A DNA stretch of 30,351 nucleotides from the NCBI GenBank assembly GCA_048268245.1, contig JBLWVX010000018.1, positions 1-30,351 of the forward strand. Direction: 5' to 3'. Numbering within the stretch: the stretch's first letter is position 1; the number at the start of each line of letters is the position of its first letter. Below the pieces are notes generated by a model. It saw only the letters and a list, made by a program, of their open reading frames with translations, searched no databases and was not told the DNA's origin. Shown here piece after piece: positions 1 to 9,492 of this stretch. A program made the position numbers and the translations under genes. Source of the DNA: Arcobacteraceae bacterium. Lineage in GTDB: Bacteria; Campylobacterota; Campylobacteria; Campylobacterales; Arcobacteraceae.

Positions 1-81
1 GTCTATCAGAAATATAAGAATCAGCTTCGAATGAGTTCAACTCCCCTCTCCAAAGTGTAAACATAATTTCTGTTGAGTCTC
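1..81 (+). mobile_element. Possible right end of an insertion sequence (IS256-like terminus), partial
   Basis: Bases 1-60 are 23/60 GC, higher than the flanks, and read open in frame 1 (VYQKYKNQLRMSSTPLSKV*). They end in GTGTAAACATAATTTCTGTTGAGTCTC (55-81), which from memory resembles IS256-type terminal inverted repeats. Only one end is visible, so this cannot be confirmed. Confidence 0.35.
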
Positions 82-483
82 TTTTGCTTTTTTCTCTTCA
101 AGCTTTTTATACTCTAAAATAGCTTTTTGTTTTATAGTCTCGTCAACTGATTTTGATTCATATTCTCTTAAAATATTTGTTAAAACCATTGTATAAGCTA
201 TTGTATTTAGTTTTAATGACTCTTCATTTCTCATAAGTTTATCTAAGTCTATTGCATATACTGCTTCTTGAAAAGTATAATATAACCTTTGTGAGACATC
301 CTCTAATCTATATGTATATCCCAAAATTACTAAAAAATTTTTCTCATATTCCTCAAGAGAAAATAGCTCTTCAAGTTCTCTCTCAAAGCCTATTATATCA
401 TCATTACATTTTCCATATATTTCATCTGCCTCTAAAAGTTTATTTTTAAAAGCATGAAAATAATTAGATATTTTACTAGTCAT
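37..483 (-). CDS. Hypothetical protein; the C-terminal ~15 aa may derive from the putative IS end
   Basis: 148-aa ORF with host-like composition. The tail TQQKLCLHFGEGS is encoded by the GC-richer 37-81 segment. Confidence 0.7.
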   Translation of the reverse strand: MTSKISNYFHAFKNKLLEADEIYGKCNDDIIGFERELEELFSLEEYEKNFLVILGYTYRLEDVSQRLYYTFQEAVYAIDLDKLMRNEESLKLNTIAYTMVLTNILREYESKSVDETIKQKAILEYKKLEEKKAKETQQKLCLHFGEGS

Positions 484-560
484 TTTTTTAATTATCCTTT
501 TTCACAATTAATATATTATATAATACTATTATAAAAGAAAAATTTATTATAGGAATAAAA

Positions 561-1376
561 ATGAAAAAAACAACAATACTTGCTTCACTTATACTAAGTT
601 CAAGTTTATCTTTTGCATTTGACTTAAATGCTTTAACAAAAGATGTAATAGATATAGTTACAAAACCAACTACAACAAGTGAACAAACAAGCATTAAAGA
701 ACAATCTTCCCTTGATAGTTCAACAGTTTCAAGTGGATTAAAAGAAGCACTTAAAAAAGGTGTAAGTTATGCAGTTTCAACACTAGGAAAAGAGAATGGT
801 TACTTAAATAACAATGATGTTAAAATTCCTTTACCTGAAAATTTAGAAAAAGTAGAAACACTTATAAGAAAAGCAGGTGGAAATCAAATTGCTGATAATT
901 TAATAAATTCTATGAACAAAGCAGCAACAACAGCAGCTCCCCAGACAGCTAATATCTTTATGAAAAGCATTGAAAGTATGTCAATAGAAGATGCTAAAAA
1001 AATACTTGCAGGAAATAATGAAGCAGCAACAAACTATTTTAAATCAAATACTTCTGATTCTTTAAGAAATATGATAAAACCTATCATTCAAGAAGCTATG
1101 AAAGACAATCAAGTAGCAACATATTATGATATGGCAAATAATTTTTACAAAACAAATGTAAAATCAATGGTAGATGAAAGCTCAGTTATGGGTTTAGCTA
1201 AAAACTTTGGGGTTGATTCATATCTTCCAGGAAGTAGTGATAAAAACTTAGATGAGTATGTAACTGATAAAGCAATTGATGGTTTATTTAAAATGATTGC
1301 TCAAAAAGAAGCACAAATTAGAACTAATCCAGTGGCACAAACTACATCTATTTTACAAAAAGTATTTGGAAACTAA
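561..1376 (+). CDS. DUF4197 family exported protein
   Basis: Signal peptide (MKKTTILASLILSSSLSFA). Motifs GLKEAL..G...AV..LG..NGY, VKIPLP, SMNKAA..AAP, AIDGLFKMIA..E..IR.NP, and terminal LQKVFG. RBS AGGA upstream. Confidence 0.85.
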   Translation: MKKTTILASLILSSSLSFAFDLNALTKDVIDIVTKPTTTSEQTSIKEQSSLDSSTVSSGLKEALKKGVSYAVSTLGKENGYLNNNDVKIPLPENLEKVETLIRKAGGNQIADNLINSMNKAATTAAPQTANIFMKSIESMSIEDAKKILAGNNEAATNYFKSNTSDSLRNMIKPIIQEAMKDNQVATYYDMANNFYKTNVKSMVDESSVMGLAKNFGVDSYLPGSSDKNLDEYVTDKAIDGLFKMIAQKEAQIRTNPVAQTTSILQKVFGN

Positions 1377-1396
1377 GAAGGTTACAACCTTTTTAG
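1373..1396. terminator. Probable bidirectional intrinsic terminator
   Basis: CTAAGAAGGT-TACA-ACCTTTTTAG inverted repeat between the convergent stops at 1376 and 1393. Confidence 0.55.
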
Positions 1397-1956
1397 TTAT
1401 CAAGTCTAAAGTATCCATAAATAGCATTTTGTTTCACTAGGCTTATATCTAAACTTAAGCCCTCTTCACTATTCTTTTCATAACTATATTCATAAGAATT
1501 ATCAAAACTTTTTAATAACTTAGTATAAAGGTTAGATTTTACATCTAAAATAAAAGTGTCTTTATTTATTTCATAAATGTATATAAAGTTTAAAATAAAA
1601 TAATTGTCGATTTTATAAGTAATAAAATCAAAACCATCATATTCAAATTTTTCAAGAACTTCCATATTTTTGAATTTTAATTGCTCTTTTAAAAATGATG
1701 TATAAACAGAACTAGGTAAACCTTCCCAATCCACATCATTATCTACATGGATATGTTCTAAAAAGATTTCATCAGTTTTTAAAGTATAGGCATCTAATAC
1801 ATAAGAATCATGTCTTGTTTTTGTCTCATAATTTTCTATTTCATATTCATAAAAATGGTCTGAGTTTATTTTGAAAATAAGTTTATTATCTGTAAAAGTA
1901 AAACGTGGACGAGATAGTTTTATGAAGCTTTTTAGAAAGTTTTTTATGATTCCCAT
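1393..1956 (-). CDS. Hypothetical protein
   Basis: 187-aa ORF with ATG start and host-like codon usage; no recognisable motif. Confidence 0.75.
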   Translation of the reverse strand: MGIIKNFLKSFIKLSRPRFTFTDNKLIFKINSDHFYEYEIENYETKTRHDSYVLDAYTLKTDEIFLEHIHVDNDVDWEGLPSSVYTSFLKEQLKFKNMEVLEKFEYDGFDFITYKIDNYFILNFIYIYEINKDTFILDVKSNLYTKLLKSFDNSYEYSYEKNSEEGLSLDISLVKQNAIYGYFRLDN

Positions 1957-2042
1957 TTAAGTGCCTTAATTTAATATAAAGAAATGTACTTTATCATATT
2001 TAAATGTGAAATTCAAGGTTTTAATGGCTAGTTTTTAGTTTT

Positions 2043-2072
2043 TTAAGAGATTCACTAAAGTGAATCCCTTAA
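2043..2072 (-). terminator. Stem-loop downstream of the MCP gene (probable terminator)
   Basis: TTAAGAGATTCAC-TAAA-GTGAATCCCTTAA, 6 nt after the stop at 2079. The U-tract is weak. Confidence 0.5.
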
Positions 2073-2078
2073 CTTATA

Positions 2079-4517
2079 TTAAAAGCTTTCCCACTCATCA
2101 TCTGATGAAGTATCATTGAAAGTTTTAGGTTCATATTTTGCTTGAGTTTGTGGTCTTGAAACTGTGTTTGATTGAGTGTTTGAACTAACACTATCATTTG
2201 TACTATTTATTGCTTTGATATCTTTTGAAATATCAATATTATCTTTTCCAGCAAACTCTTTTTCATTAGCTTTTGAAACAATATCTTTTGCTAATTCTGC
2301 TGTATTTAATGCAATATTTTTAGTCTCACCTGCAACTGTTGCATTTTTTTGAGTTTGTTGGTCTAATGAGTTAATAGCATCATTAATTTGTACAATTCCT
2401 GCTTCTTGTTCTTTTGAAGCACTTGAAACATCAGAAATAAGCTCAATTGTTTTATCAATATTTGAGTTTAATCCCTCGTAACCTTTAATCATCTCAGCTG
2501 CAATATTTTTACCTTCATTAGCTTTAATATTTGCACTCTCAACTAAATCTTTAATCTCTTTTGCTGCTTCTGCACTTCTTGAAGCTAGGTTTCTTACTTC
2601 TTGAGCAACAACTGCGAAACCTTTACCTGCTTCTCCAGCTGTTGCAGCTTCTACTGCTGCATTTAGTGATAATATATTTGTTTGAAAAGCAATTTGGTCA
2701 ATTACTGTAATTGCTTCATTAATAGAACTTACTTGATCATTAATTTCATCCATAGCTAATGTAGTTCTTGAAGCTAACTCTTCACCTTTATTTGCTGATT
2801 GTGTAACTTCATTTGCTAAAACAGACATTTCTGAAATTTTTTGTGTCGTAGAAGATACATTTCCAGTAATCTCTTCAAGTGCTGCCGCTGTTTCTTCAAG
2901 TGAAGCTGCTGCTTCATTTGAAGCCTGATTTAATGTATCAACATTTGATAATAAGTGTTCAGATGAATTATCTACAATAAGACCATTTTTCTTATTGTCA
3001 ATTAACATTTCAGTAATAGAAACACCTAAAGAGTTAACTCCATTTGCAAGTCTTTCTAAATGTTCTTTTATCCCATTTGTATCAACTTTACTTAAATAGT
3101 TGTAGTTTGAGAACTTTTCTAAAACATCTAAAATATTATCAATGTTATTCTCTAAATTATCACCCATTTTATTTAAAACATCTCTTAGTTCATTTAATGC
3201 AGGATTATTAACTGATGTTGTTATTCTTTGAGTTAAATCACCTTTTTCAAACTCATTTAAAACAGTAATTGTTTCATCAATAATAGCTCTATCTTCTTCT
3301 ATACCTTTTTTAGCTTTTTTGATATTTTCATTAACAACTTGTGCCATTAAACCAATCTCATCAAAACTATCTGTTTCAAGCTCTTTTACATCAGAAGACT
3401 TTCTATTTACATAATCAAAGAAACCTTCTAAACCATCTTGAAATTTAACTAATCTTTTTACAACAATATTATTAATTATAATGACAGCACCTGCGATTAC
3501 AAAAATAAGTAAAACTAAAGCAATAATCAAAATTAAGTTTCTAATAGCATTTGGTGTTTTTAAAACTTCTGATTCATCTATTTCAGATAAAATCGCCCAT
3601 TTAATATCAGAACCAATATTTAAAGGCGCATATGCTGATAATACTGGATTTCCATTATAGTCATCAATAATTTCAGTATTTGATTGACCATTTAATGCAT
3701 TTTGACTTCCTTTAGTTTTTACTTGCGTATTATTTGAGAAAGAAGTAATTAAACTATACTCTTTAGGATTAAGATAACTATCACTTCTCATAAGCTTATC
3801 AGAACCTACTAAATAGTCTTCTTGTGATTTTCCATAACCTTCTCTAAACTGCATAATTTTATTAATTGATTTATCACTTATTTGGAAAACTAAAACTGCT
3901 TCAACATTACCATCTTTAAAAATAGGTGTTCCTAAAAACATTGCTGGAGCATTGTTACTTGGTGCATAAGGTTTCATATCTTGGAATGTTGGTTCATTTG
4001 AGTTAAGTGTATTTGCAAAAACCATTCCTAAACCACTATCTTTTAATGAGCCATACTTTAAGTTTGCTCCATAATCAGACTCTTTTGCAGCTGTATATAT
4101 TACATGACCTGTTTGAGCATTTATTAAGAAAATATCATAATACCCATACTCTTGCATATAGCTTTGGAAATACTCTTCATATTTGTTTGTTATGTTTTTT
4201 ACAAGTTGATTTTTTACATCATATGTAGATTTTTCATTTAATTCAACCATATCAAAAGTTTTTTCAAGAGAATTGTAAAGTTCTAAAATATCTTTACTTT
4301 TAGATAAAACCTTAATATCTCCAACTCTCTCATTAAAAAAGTTTTTTATTTGATTTGCTTTTGAATCTCTAGCAGATGTTAGCATAGCGTAGTTCTGAGC
4401 TAAAATACCCTCTTTTGCTTTGCTTACTGAAAAACCAGCTATTATAATAGCAAGTAAACTTAATGACACTACAATAAGCCCTATTACTTTAGCTTTTATT
4501 GTCATTTTTTTTAACAT
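2079..4517 (-). CDS. Methyl-accepting chemotaxis protein with a periplasmic Cache-type sensor domain
   Basis: Two TM segments flank a periplasmic region containing YGYYDIFLI and [19 protein letters not shown]-like DEIGLMA follows. The canonical signalling hairpin [37 protein letters not shown] is present. Confidence 0.95.
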   Translation of the reverse strand: MLKKMTIKAKVIGLIVVSLSLLAIIIAGFSVSKAKEGILAQNYAMLTSARDSKANQIKNFFNERVGDIKVLSKSKDILELYNSLEKTFDMVELNEKSTYDVKNQLVKNITNKYEEYFQSYMQEYGYYDIFLINAQTGHVIYTAAKESDYGANLKYGSLKDSGLGMVFANTLNSNEPTFQDMKPYAPSNNAPAMFLGTPIFKDGNVEAVLVFQISDKSINKIMQFREGYGKSQEDYLVGSDKLMRSDSYLNPKEYSLITSFSNNTQVKTKGSQNALNGQSNTEIIDDYNGNPVLSAYAPLNIGSDIKWAILSEIDESEVLKTPNAIRNLILIIALVLLIFVIAGAVIIINNIVVKRLVKFQDGLEGFFDYVNRKSSDVKELETDSFDEIGLMAQVVNENIKKAKKGIEEDRAIIDETITVLNEFEKGDLTQRITTSVNNPALNELRDVLNKMGDNLENNIDNILDVLEKFSNYNYLSKVDTNGIKEHLERLANGVNSLGVSITEMLIDNKKNGLIVDNSSEHLLSNVDTLNQASNEAAASLEETAAALEEITGNVSSTTQKISEMSVLANEVTQSANKGEELASRTTLAMDEINDQVSSINEAITVIDQIAFQTNILSLNAAVEAATAGEAGKGFAVVAQEVRNLASRSAEAAKEIKDLVESANIKANEGKNIAAEMIKGYEGLNSNIDKTIELISDVSSASKEQEAGIVQINDAINSLDQQTQKNATVAGETKNIALNTAELAKDIVSKANEKEFAGKDNIDISKDIKAINSTNDSVSSNTQSNTVSRPQTQAKYEPKTFNDTSSDDEWESF

Positions 4518-4788
4518 TTGCTTTCCTTATGTATAATTTTTAAACATTATAGAGAAAAAAGCTTTCAATCTTTATAAAAAATATAAAATAATATTTTTAA
4601 ATAACCATGACTTTAAAAATAAAAGTACTTTTCTAGGTATTTTTAGTATATTTAGTAATGAACATAAGCTTTTAATACTAAATAGTAACCCTTAAGATAA
4701 CTCAAAAATATGTATTTTTTACAACTCTTTATTATTAATCTTATTTTTTATTTTTTTTGATAAAATCAAAATAAAAAAATGGACTCTT

Positions 4789-5253
4789 ATGAATATTGAA
4801 AACTATTTTGAAAAAAATAAAATCACACAAAATTTAGCAGATTATGAGATTTTTTATCAAGTGTCACTTGGAAAGCTATGTTCTCTTACAAATAATACAG
4901 ATATAAACTATGATATTGAACTTCAATATGCTCTTGGTTCTATATATGAATTACTAAAAGATTTAAACACAATTGATAATATTGATGAAATATTTCAAGA
5001 TGAGTTAAAGAAACAAGCAGCAATGGATGCTCTGCAAAAATTTGCAAATGATAACTTAGATGATATAAAAACAGAAAAAATAGAAATAGAACATATGGTT
5101 CATGAAATAAACGATAATAGATTTTTCAATGAAACTATGATTAAAGTTTATGAAGAACACAAAGAAGAGCAAAAAAAGAAATGGCAAGAGATAATCACAG
5201 GTGACTTATCACAAGCAATTATTTTATCTTTAAAACAATTAGAAGAGAAGTAA
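4789..5253 (+). CDS. Hypothetical acidic protein
   Basis: 154-aa ORF with RBS GGA upstream and a terminator downstream. Confidence 0.75.
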   Translation: MNIENYFEKNKITQNLADYEIFYQVSLGKLCSLTNNTDINYDIELQYALGSIYELLKDLNTIDNIDEIFQDELKKQAAMDALQKFANDNLDDIKTEKIEIEHMVHEINDNRFFNETMIKVYEEHKEEQKKKWQEIITGDLSQAIILSLKQLEEK

Positions 5254-5266
5254 AACTTCTCTTTTT
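5243..5266. terminator. Bidirectional intrinsic terminator
   Basis: AAGAGAAGT-AAA-ACTTCTCTT followed by TTT, between convergent genes. Confidence 0.65.
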
Positions 5267-6222
5267 CAAAAAGAGTGGTTAAACTTCTCTTTATTTTTAA
5301 CTACCTCAGCAGATGATACTATATTCATAATCATTTCATCTTTACTATCTGAGAATTTTTCTATAATAATATCACAAACTTCTAATAGCTCTTTTTCATT
5401 GCTTAATTGACTTAAAATAATAGACTTATTATATAAAGCTAGTGCTACTTGCTTTAGAAGTACACCTTTTTCATTTTCATATTTTTCTATAACTTTATCA
5501 TAAGTTTCAATTGCTTTTCCAATATAGTTTTGTTCTCTATATCTACCAGCTTTATTTACATAAGCTTTTGCTACAAGTTCTTTGATATTCTTTTCTTCAT
5601 ATGTATTAAAATTATCAATTAAAAAATCATAAGCTTTAATAGCCTCTTCATTTTCATCTTCTTTTGCATACAATAAAGCTACATTAAATGAAGCATATGC
5701 AAGATTATCAATGACTTCTGGGTTTAGAGAGTCTTTAAAGTTTGCAATTAATTCTTTATATACTTCAATAGAGTCTTTTCTTTGCTTAAGTTGACTTATA
5801 CAAACTGCTTTATTTAAATAAGTCTTTACTAAAACAATTTCAAGTTGAGAAGAAGTGTCTTCAATAAACTTCTCTAAAAGTCTATCATAGCACTCTAACT
5901 CTTTTTGATAATCTTTTAATTTAGCATAGATTAAAGCCTTGTTGTAAAAACTATATGCCAAATATCTAAAAATTGTTTCATTTTTCGTATCTGCAAATTT
6001 TTCAATTATTTCATCATATGTTTCAATTACATCTTGATCTTCATTTAGATTTGTAAGTGCTGAGGCTTTTCCCATGAGTGTATAAAATACATCAAGGTCA
6101 TTGTCTTGAGCTACAGTTAGTAGCTCTGGGACTAAGAATAAAGCATCTTCAAACTCTTTATTTTGCATCTTTTGATTAAATTGGCTGTATAAATATTCAA
6201 AGTTTTCTTGATTCAATTTCAT
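5266..6222 (-). CDS. Soluble TPR-like repeat protein (diverged ~43-aa repeats)
   Basis: Recurrent pattern NKA..(L)..L....E.IE.YD..IEKF. The spacing from YDEIIEKF to YDRLLEKF is 43 aa, with about 6 units. RBS AAGGA. Confidence 0.85.
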   Translation of the reverse strand: MKLNQENFEYLYSQFNQKMQNKEFEDALFLVPELLTVAQDNDLDVFYTLMGKASALTNLNEDQDVIETYDEIIEKFADTKNETIFRYLAYSFYNKALIYAKLKDYQKELECYDRLLEKFIEDTSSQLEIVLVKTYLNKAVCISQLKQRKDSIEVYKELIANFKDSLNPEVIDNLAYASFNVALLYAKEDENEEAIKAYDFLIDNFNTYEEKNIKELVAKAYVNKAGRYREQNYIGKAIETYDKVIEKYENEKGVLLKQVALALYNKSIILSQLSNEKELLEVCDIIIEKFSDSKDEMIMNIVSSAEVVKNKEKFNHSF

Positions 6223-6275
6223 CCTTTTAATATTTGATAATAATTATTTTTAACAAAAGTATACTTGATTTATTA

Positions 6276-6755
6276 TTAACTTTTTGCAAAATCTTCTAAA
6301 GTTTTACCTTCTAGTCTATATCCTATCCATTCATCTTGGCTTTTTGCACCAAGACTTTCATAAAACTCTCTTGATGGAGTATTCCAATCTAAACATGACC
6401 ATTCAAATCTTCCACACTTTTCATCAAGTGCTTTTTTAGCAAGATGTTTTAACATCTTCTTACCTGCACCATTTCCTCTTTTAGACTCAGTAACATATAA
6501 ATCTTCTAAATAAATACCTTTTTTACCAAGCCAAGTTGAGTAATTGTAAAAATATACAGCATAACCAATAGCAACGCCATCTTCTTCACAAATCAAAGCT
6601 TTTACAGTAGAATCATTACCAAAAATTGCTTCTCTTGTTTGTTCTACATTTGTTTTTACTTCATGTTCTGCTTTTTCATAAACTGCTAATTCAATGATAA
6701 AATCTAATATTGTTTGAGCATCATTAGATACTGCATCTCTTATAACTAAAGACAT
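6276..6755 (-). CDS. GNAT family N-acetyltransferase (SSAT/diamine acetyltransferase-like)
   Basis: Motifs ELAVYEK, YSTWLGKKGIYLEDLYV, acetyl-CoA loop KRGNGAG, and LDWNTPSREFYESLGA. Confidence 0.92.
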   Translation of the reverse strand: MSLVIRDAVSNDAQTILDFIIELAVYEKAEHEVKTNVEQTREAIFGNDSTVKALICEEDGVAIGYAVYFYNYSTWLGKKGIYLEDLYVTESKRGNGAGKKMLKHLAKKALDEKCGRFEWSCLDWNTPSREFYESLGAKSQDEWIGYRLEGKTLEDFAKS

Positions 6756-6763
6756 TTTCTTCC

Positions 6764-7402
6764 TTAATTTAATTTTTCTATTTTTTCTTCAAAGTTTTCA
6801 TAATAACTGATAAATAAGTCATTATTCAACTCATCTTTAAACTCATTTATATAAGCTATGATATTCTCTTTTGTAGTAAACTCTTTTGCAAACTCATCTT
6901 TTAATTTGATATAAATAACAGTTCCTGAACCCTCATCATTTATACAAGGAGCTAAAGTATAAGTAGATAAATCTTTTGTGTTAAATTTATAAGCTGTTTC
7001 ATCTCCTACTTTTTTTGAAATTATATTCACACTTTTTGCGATTAAAAACAGAAAATACAATCCTACTTCTTTTAAAGATATTTCTTTATTTTCTATAGAG
7101 CTTTCTATCTTTTTTGAAGCTTGCTCTTCAACAAAAAAGTTTAACTCTTCTTTATTCATACCAATACCATTATCAACAATAGTAATAGAGTTATCAGATG
7201 GTTCAAAATAGACTTCCATCATACCTTCCCACTCTTTTAACTCTTTTTCAAACTCTGAATTATCTTTTAATTTTTTTAGTTTATTTACTGCTTCATTTGC
7301 ATTTGATAATAAAGCCTTTAAAAAAAGCCCTTTTTTTAGTTCATTGTTTTGAAATACTTGTTTATACTTATTTATATTAGTTAAATTTTTAAAATTATTC
7401 AT
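6764..7402 (-). CDS. Stand-alone HtpG/Hsp90 N-terminal (GHKL) domain paralog, predicted ATPase-dead
   Basis: Colinear with the N-domain of the htpG at 11992-13902: LLSNA, ITIVDNGIGMN.EEL, V.IISKK.G.E.AYK, L.PC...SGTVIYIKLKDE. Intact ORF with RBS AAGGA. Confidence 0.85.
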   Translation of the reverse strand: MNNFKNLTNINKYKQVFQNNELKKGLFLKALLSNANEAVNKLKKLKDNSEFEKELKEWEGMMEVYFEPSDNSITIVDNGIGMNKEELNFFVEEQASKKIESSIENKEISLKEVGLYFLFLIAKSVNIISKKVGDETAYKFNTKDLSTYTLAPCINDEGSGTVIYIKLKDEFAKEFTTKENIIAYINEFKDELNNDLFISYYENFEEKIEKLN

Positions 7403-7481
7403 ATTAAGTTCCTTTCATTTTGAATGATGAAACTTTATCTAAAGATTCTGAAAATAAACTAATTTATACAATATAAAATTA

Positions 7482-8297
7482 TTATAATTCATTTCTTAAA
7501 TAATTTTCTATCATAGGACGATAATCCTTTCTACATACTAAGTGTGTATCTAAACTTAATTCAACTTTTGTAAGCTTTAGTTTATCTGTGTAGCCAAACT
7601 TATCTATAATACTTTTTGAAAGTAGTGTTACTCCAAAACCAGCTTTTGTAAGTCCAAGCATCAACTCATAGTTTTGTAAAGCCATTGTTTTATAATCTAT
7701 ATCACTGTTTTGTTTCACATACTCTTGTAAGCAAATACAATAAGCACAAGTATCTCTATAAACTAGAAGATTATCTTTAGCTTCTTTATCTTTGGGTTCT
7801 ATAAAATATATATCATCTTTGAAGGTATTTAAAGTCTCTAAATCTTTATGATTTGGGTTTCCATTTATAAAAGCTATATCTATTTGATACTCTAAAAGTT
7901 GTTCTATTAAGTTTAGGCTACTATCTATGTTAAACTCTATTTTCATATCTTGAAAGTCTTTGTTTAATTGCTCGATTATAGGGATAAGTCTTATGGTTGC
8001 ATTTGATTGGGTTGTTCCCATCTTTAGAACTTCTTGATGATTGATATTTCTCATTTGAGAAGTGGCTTCTTCTACTTTTTTTACAATATCAACAGCAAAA
8101 GGGTATAATTTTTCGCCCTCATTTGTAAGTACAACACCTCGGTTTGTTCTATGAAATAGATTATAACCTAAAGTTTTTTCAAGCTGTTTGATTCTTGAAG
8201 TTATGTTTGACTGAGTATAGCCCAACTTTTTAGCTGCATTTGATATGCTTTTTTCATTTTTAACAGTGATAAATGCTTTTAATAAATTTGAGTCCAT
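7482..8297 (-). CDS. LysR family transcriptional regulator
   Basis: N-terminal HTH SISNAAKKLGYTQSNITSRIKQLEKTLGYNLFHRTNRGVVLTNEG, followed by a substrate-binding domain. Confidence 0.95.
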   Translation of the reverse strand: MDSNLLKAFITVKNEKSISNAAKKLGYTQSNITSRIKQLEKTLGYNLFHRTNRGVVLTNEGEKLYPFAVDIVKKVEEATSQMRNINHQEVLKMGTTQSNATIRLIPIIEQLNKDFQDMKIEFNIDSSLNLIEQLLEYQIDIAFINGNPNHKDLETLNTFKDDIYFIEPKDKEAKDNLLVYRDTCAYCICLQEYVKQNSDIDYKTMALQNYELMLGLTKAGFGVTLLSKSIIDKFGYTDKLKLTKVELSLDTHLVCRKDYRPMIENYLRNEL

Positions 8298-8322
8298 AAA
8301 ACTTCCTATAATCTTTTGTGTT

Positions 8323-9066
8323 TTAAATAGCTATAGTTTGAACTACTAAACCAACAGCTATGATAAACAGTAATACTTTTAAAATCTTAGCATAGAACTT
8401 TGCATCGATTTTTTTCTTTATTTTTATACCAAAATATAAACCAATAGCAACTAAAAACATACTAGTAAATGATATTTCAACAGCTGTACTACTAAATGCT
8501 CCAAAATAAACAAAAGTTGCTATCTGCCCTACTTTTGTAAATAAAAAACATAAATTTGATAGCTGAATCGTATCTTTTTTAGAGTACTTAAGCTCTAAAG
8601 TATACATGATAGTCAAAGGAGCTACAACATTTGTAAGACCTGATACAACACCACCAATCAAACCTAATCCATAAGTAGAAGACTTAGGATAAGAAGAGAT
8701 AAAAGTAGCTCTAACTTTTATAGCTGATTGAATCAAATAAGCAAAGATGATAAAAGCTAATAGCAACTTAAAATACTCAGAATTAAAATAAACAAGTATA
8801 TAAGTTCCAACACAAGAGCCAAGCACCATAAGAAGTATAATAAACCAAAACTTTTTCAAAGCCTCAAAAAACTTCCCTTCACTTAAAATACTAACCAAAT
8901 TCACAATCATAGTAGGAACAATAATATAAGTAATAGTAGTTTGAATATCAGTAAAAAGAGCAACAACAGGCGTAGAGATAAGCCCAAATCCAAAACCAAT
9001 ACTTCCATGAATAAAAGAAGAAATCAGTATAACAAAAGTAAAAACAATAAGAAATTCAGTTTCCAT
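8323..9066 (-). CDS. Sulfite exporter TauE/SafE (TSUP) family membrane protein
   Basis: About 8 hydrophobic segments with motifs HGSIGFGFGLISTP and GLIGGVVSGLT. Start moved from 9108 to the ATG at 9066, which has an AAAGG RBS. Confidence 0.85.
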   Translation of the reverse strand: METEFLIVFTFVILISSFIHGSIGFGFGLISTPVVALFTDIQTTITYIIVPTMIVNLVSILSEGKFFEALKKFWFIILLMVLGSCVGTYILVYFNSEYFKLLLAFIIFAYLIQSAIKVRATFISSYPKSSTYGLGLIGGVVSGLTNVVAPLTIMYTLELKYSKKDTIQLSNLCFLFTKVGQIATFVYFGAFSSTAVEISFTSMFLVAIGLYFGIKIKKKIDAKFYAKILKVLLFIIAVGLVVQTIAI

Positions 9067-9162
9067 ATCATTACCTTTAATATTACATATAACTATGTGT
9101 AATACCAAATAGTATTACTAATCATTATATCAGAAGTTTATTAAAGGGGTTTGAATTTGTTT

Positions 9163-9492
9163 TTATTTAGTAAGTATTTTTTTGATAGTATTTTCAAGTT
9201 TTGGTAGATGAGTTCTTATAATATCTTCAATAAGCATTTTATTTACACCTTCATAATCATGTGCAATAAAGTTTCGTACATCATAAGTACCTTTTATTGG
9301 TAAACTTGAAGCAAAATCTTCATTTCTTAGTTTATGTAAGGTTTCACCTATTTGAAGCAAACACATTAATGTGGCATCATATCCCATAGTATCTGTAAGA
9401 AGTTCTTCAATACTTTTAAATCTTTGACGAAAGGAATTAATATCTTCTATTTTTTCTAAAATAAAATGTAGCTTTTCATAAGAACTAGACAT
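9163..9492 (-). CDS. hepT: HEPN (DUF86/HepT-like) RNase toxin
   Basis: RX4HXY motif RNFIAHDY and LLQIGE; overlaps the upstream MNT gene by 8 nt. Confidence 0.88.
   Translation of the reverse strand: MSSSYEKLHFILEKIEDINSFRQRFKSIEELLTDTMGYDATLMCLLQIGETLHKLRNEDFASSLPIKGTYDVRNFIAHDYEGVNKMLIEDIIRTHLPKLENTIKKILTK

Noticed and set aside
30..52. GAGTTCAACTCCCCTCTCCA resembles a tRNA/tmRNA T-loop and 3' end (possible att site)
   Set aside because: The T-stem arms do not pair and there is no cloverleaf upstream.
252..694. ORFs 252-449 (+) and 488-694 (-)
   Set aside because: Antisense shadows overlapping better-supported genes, with no motifs.
4007..7380. ORFs 4007-4228 (+) and 7198-7380 (+)
   Set aside because: Short antisense frames inside the MCP and mini-HtpG genes.
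6764..7402. Mini-HtpG as a MORC/MutL/histidine-kinase-type GHKL defence ATPase
   Set aside because: It matches the adjacent htpG even at nucleotide level, lacks the catalytic Glu and carries no effector domain.
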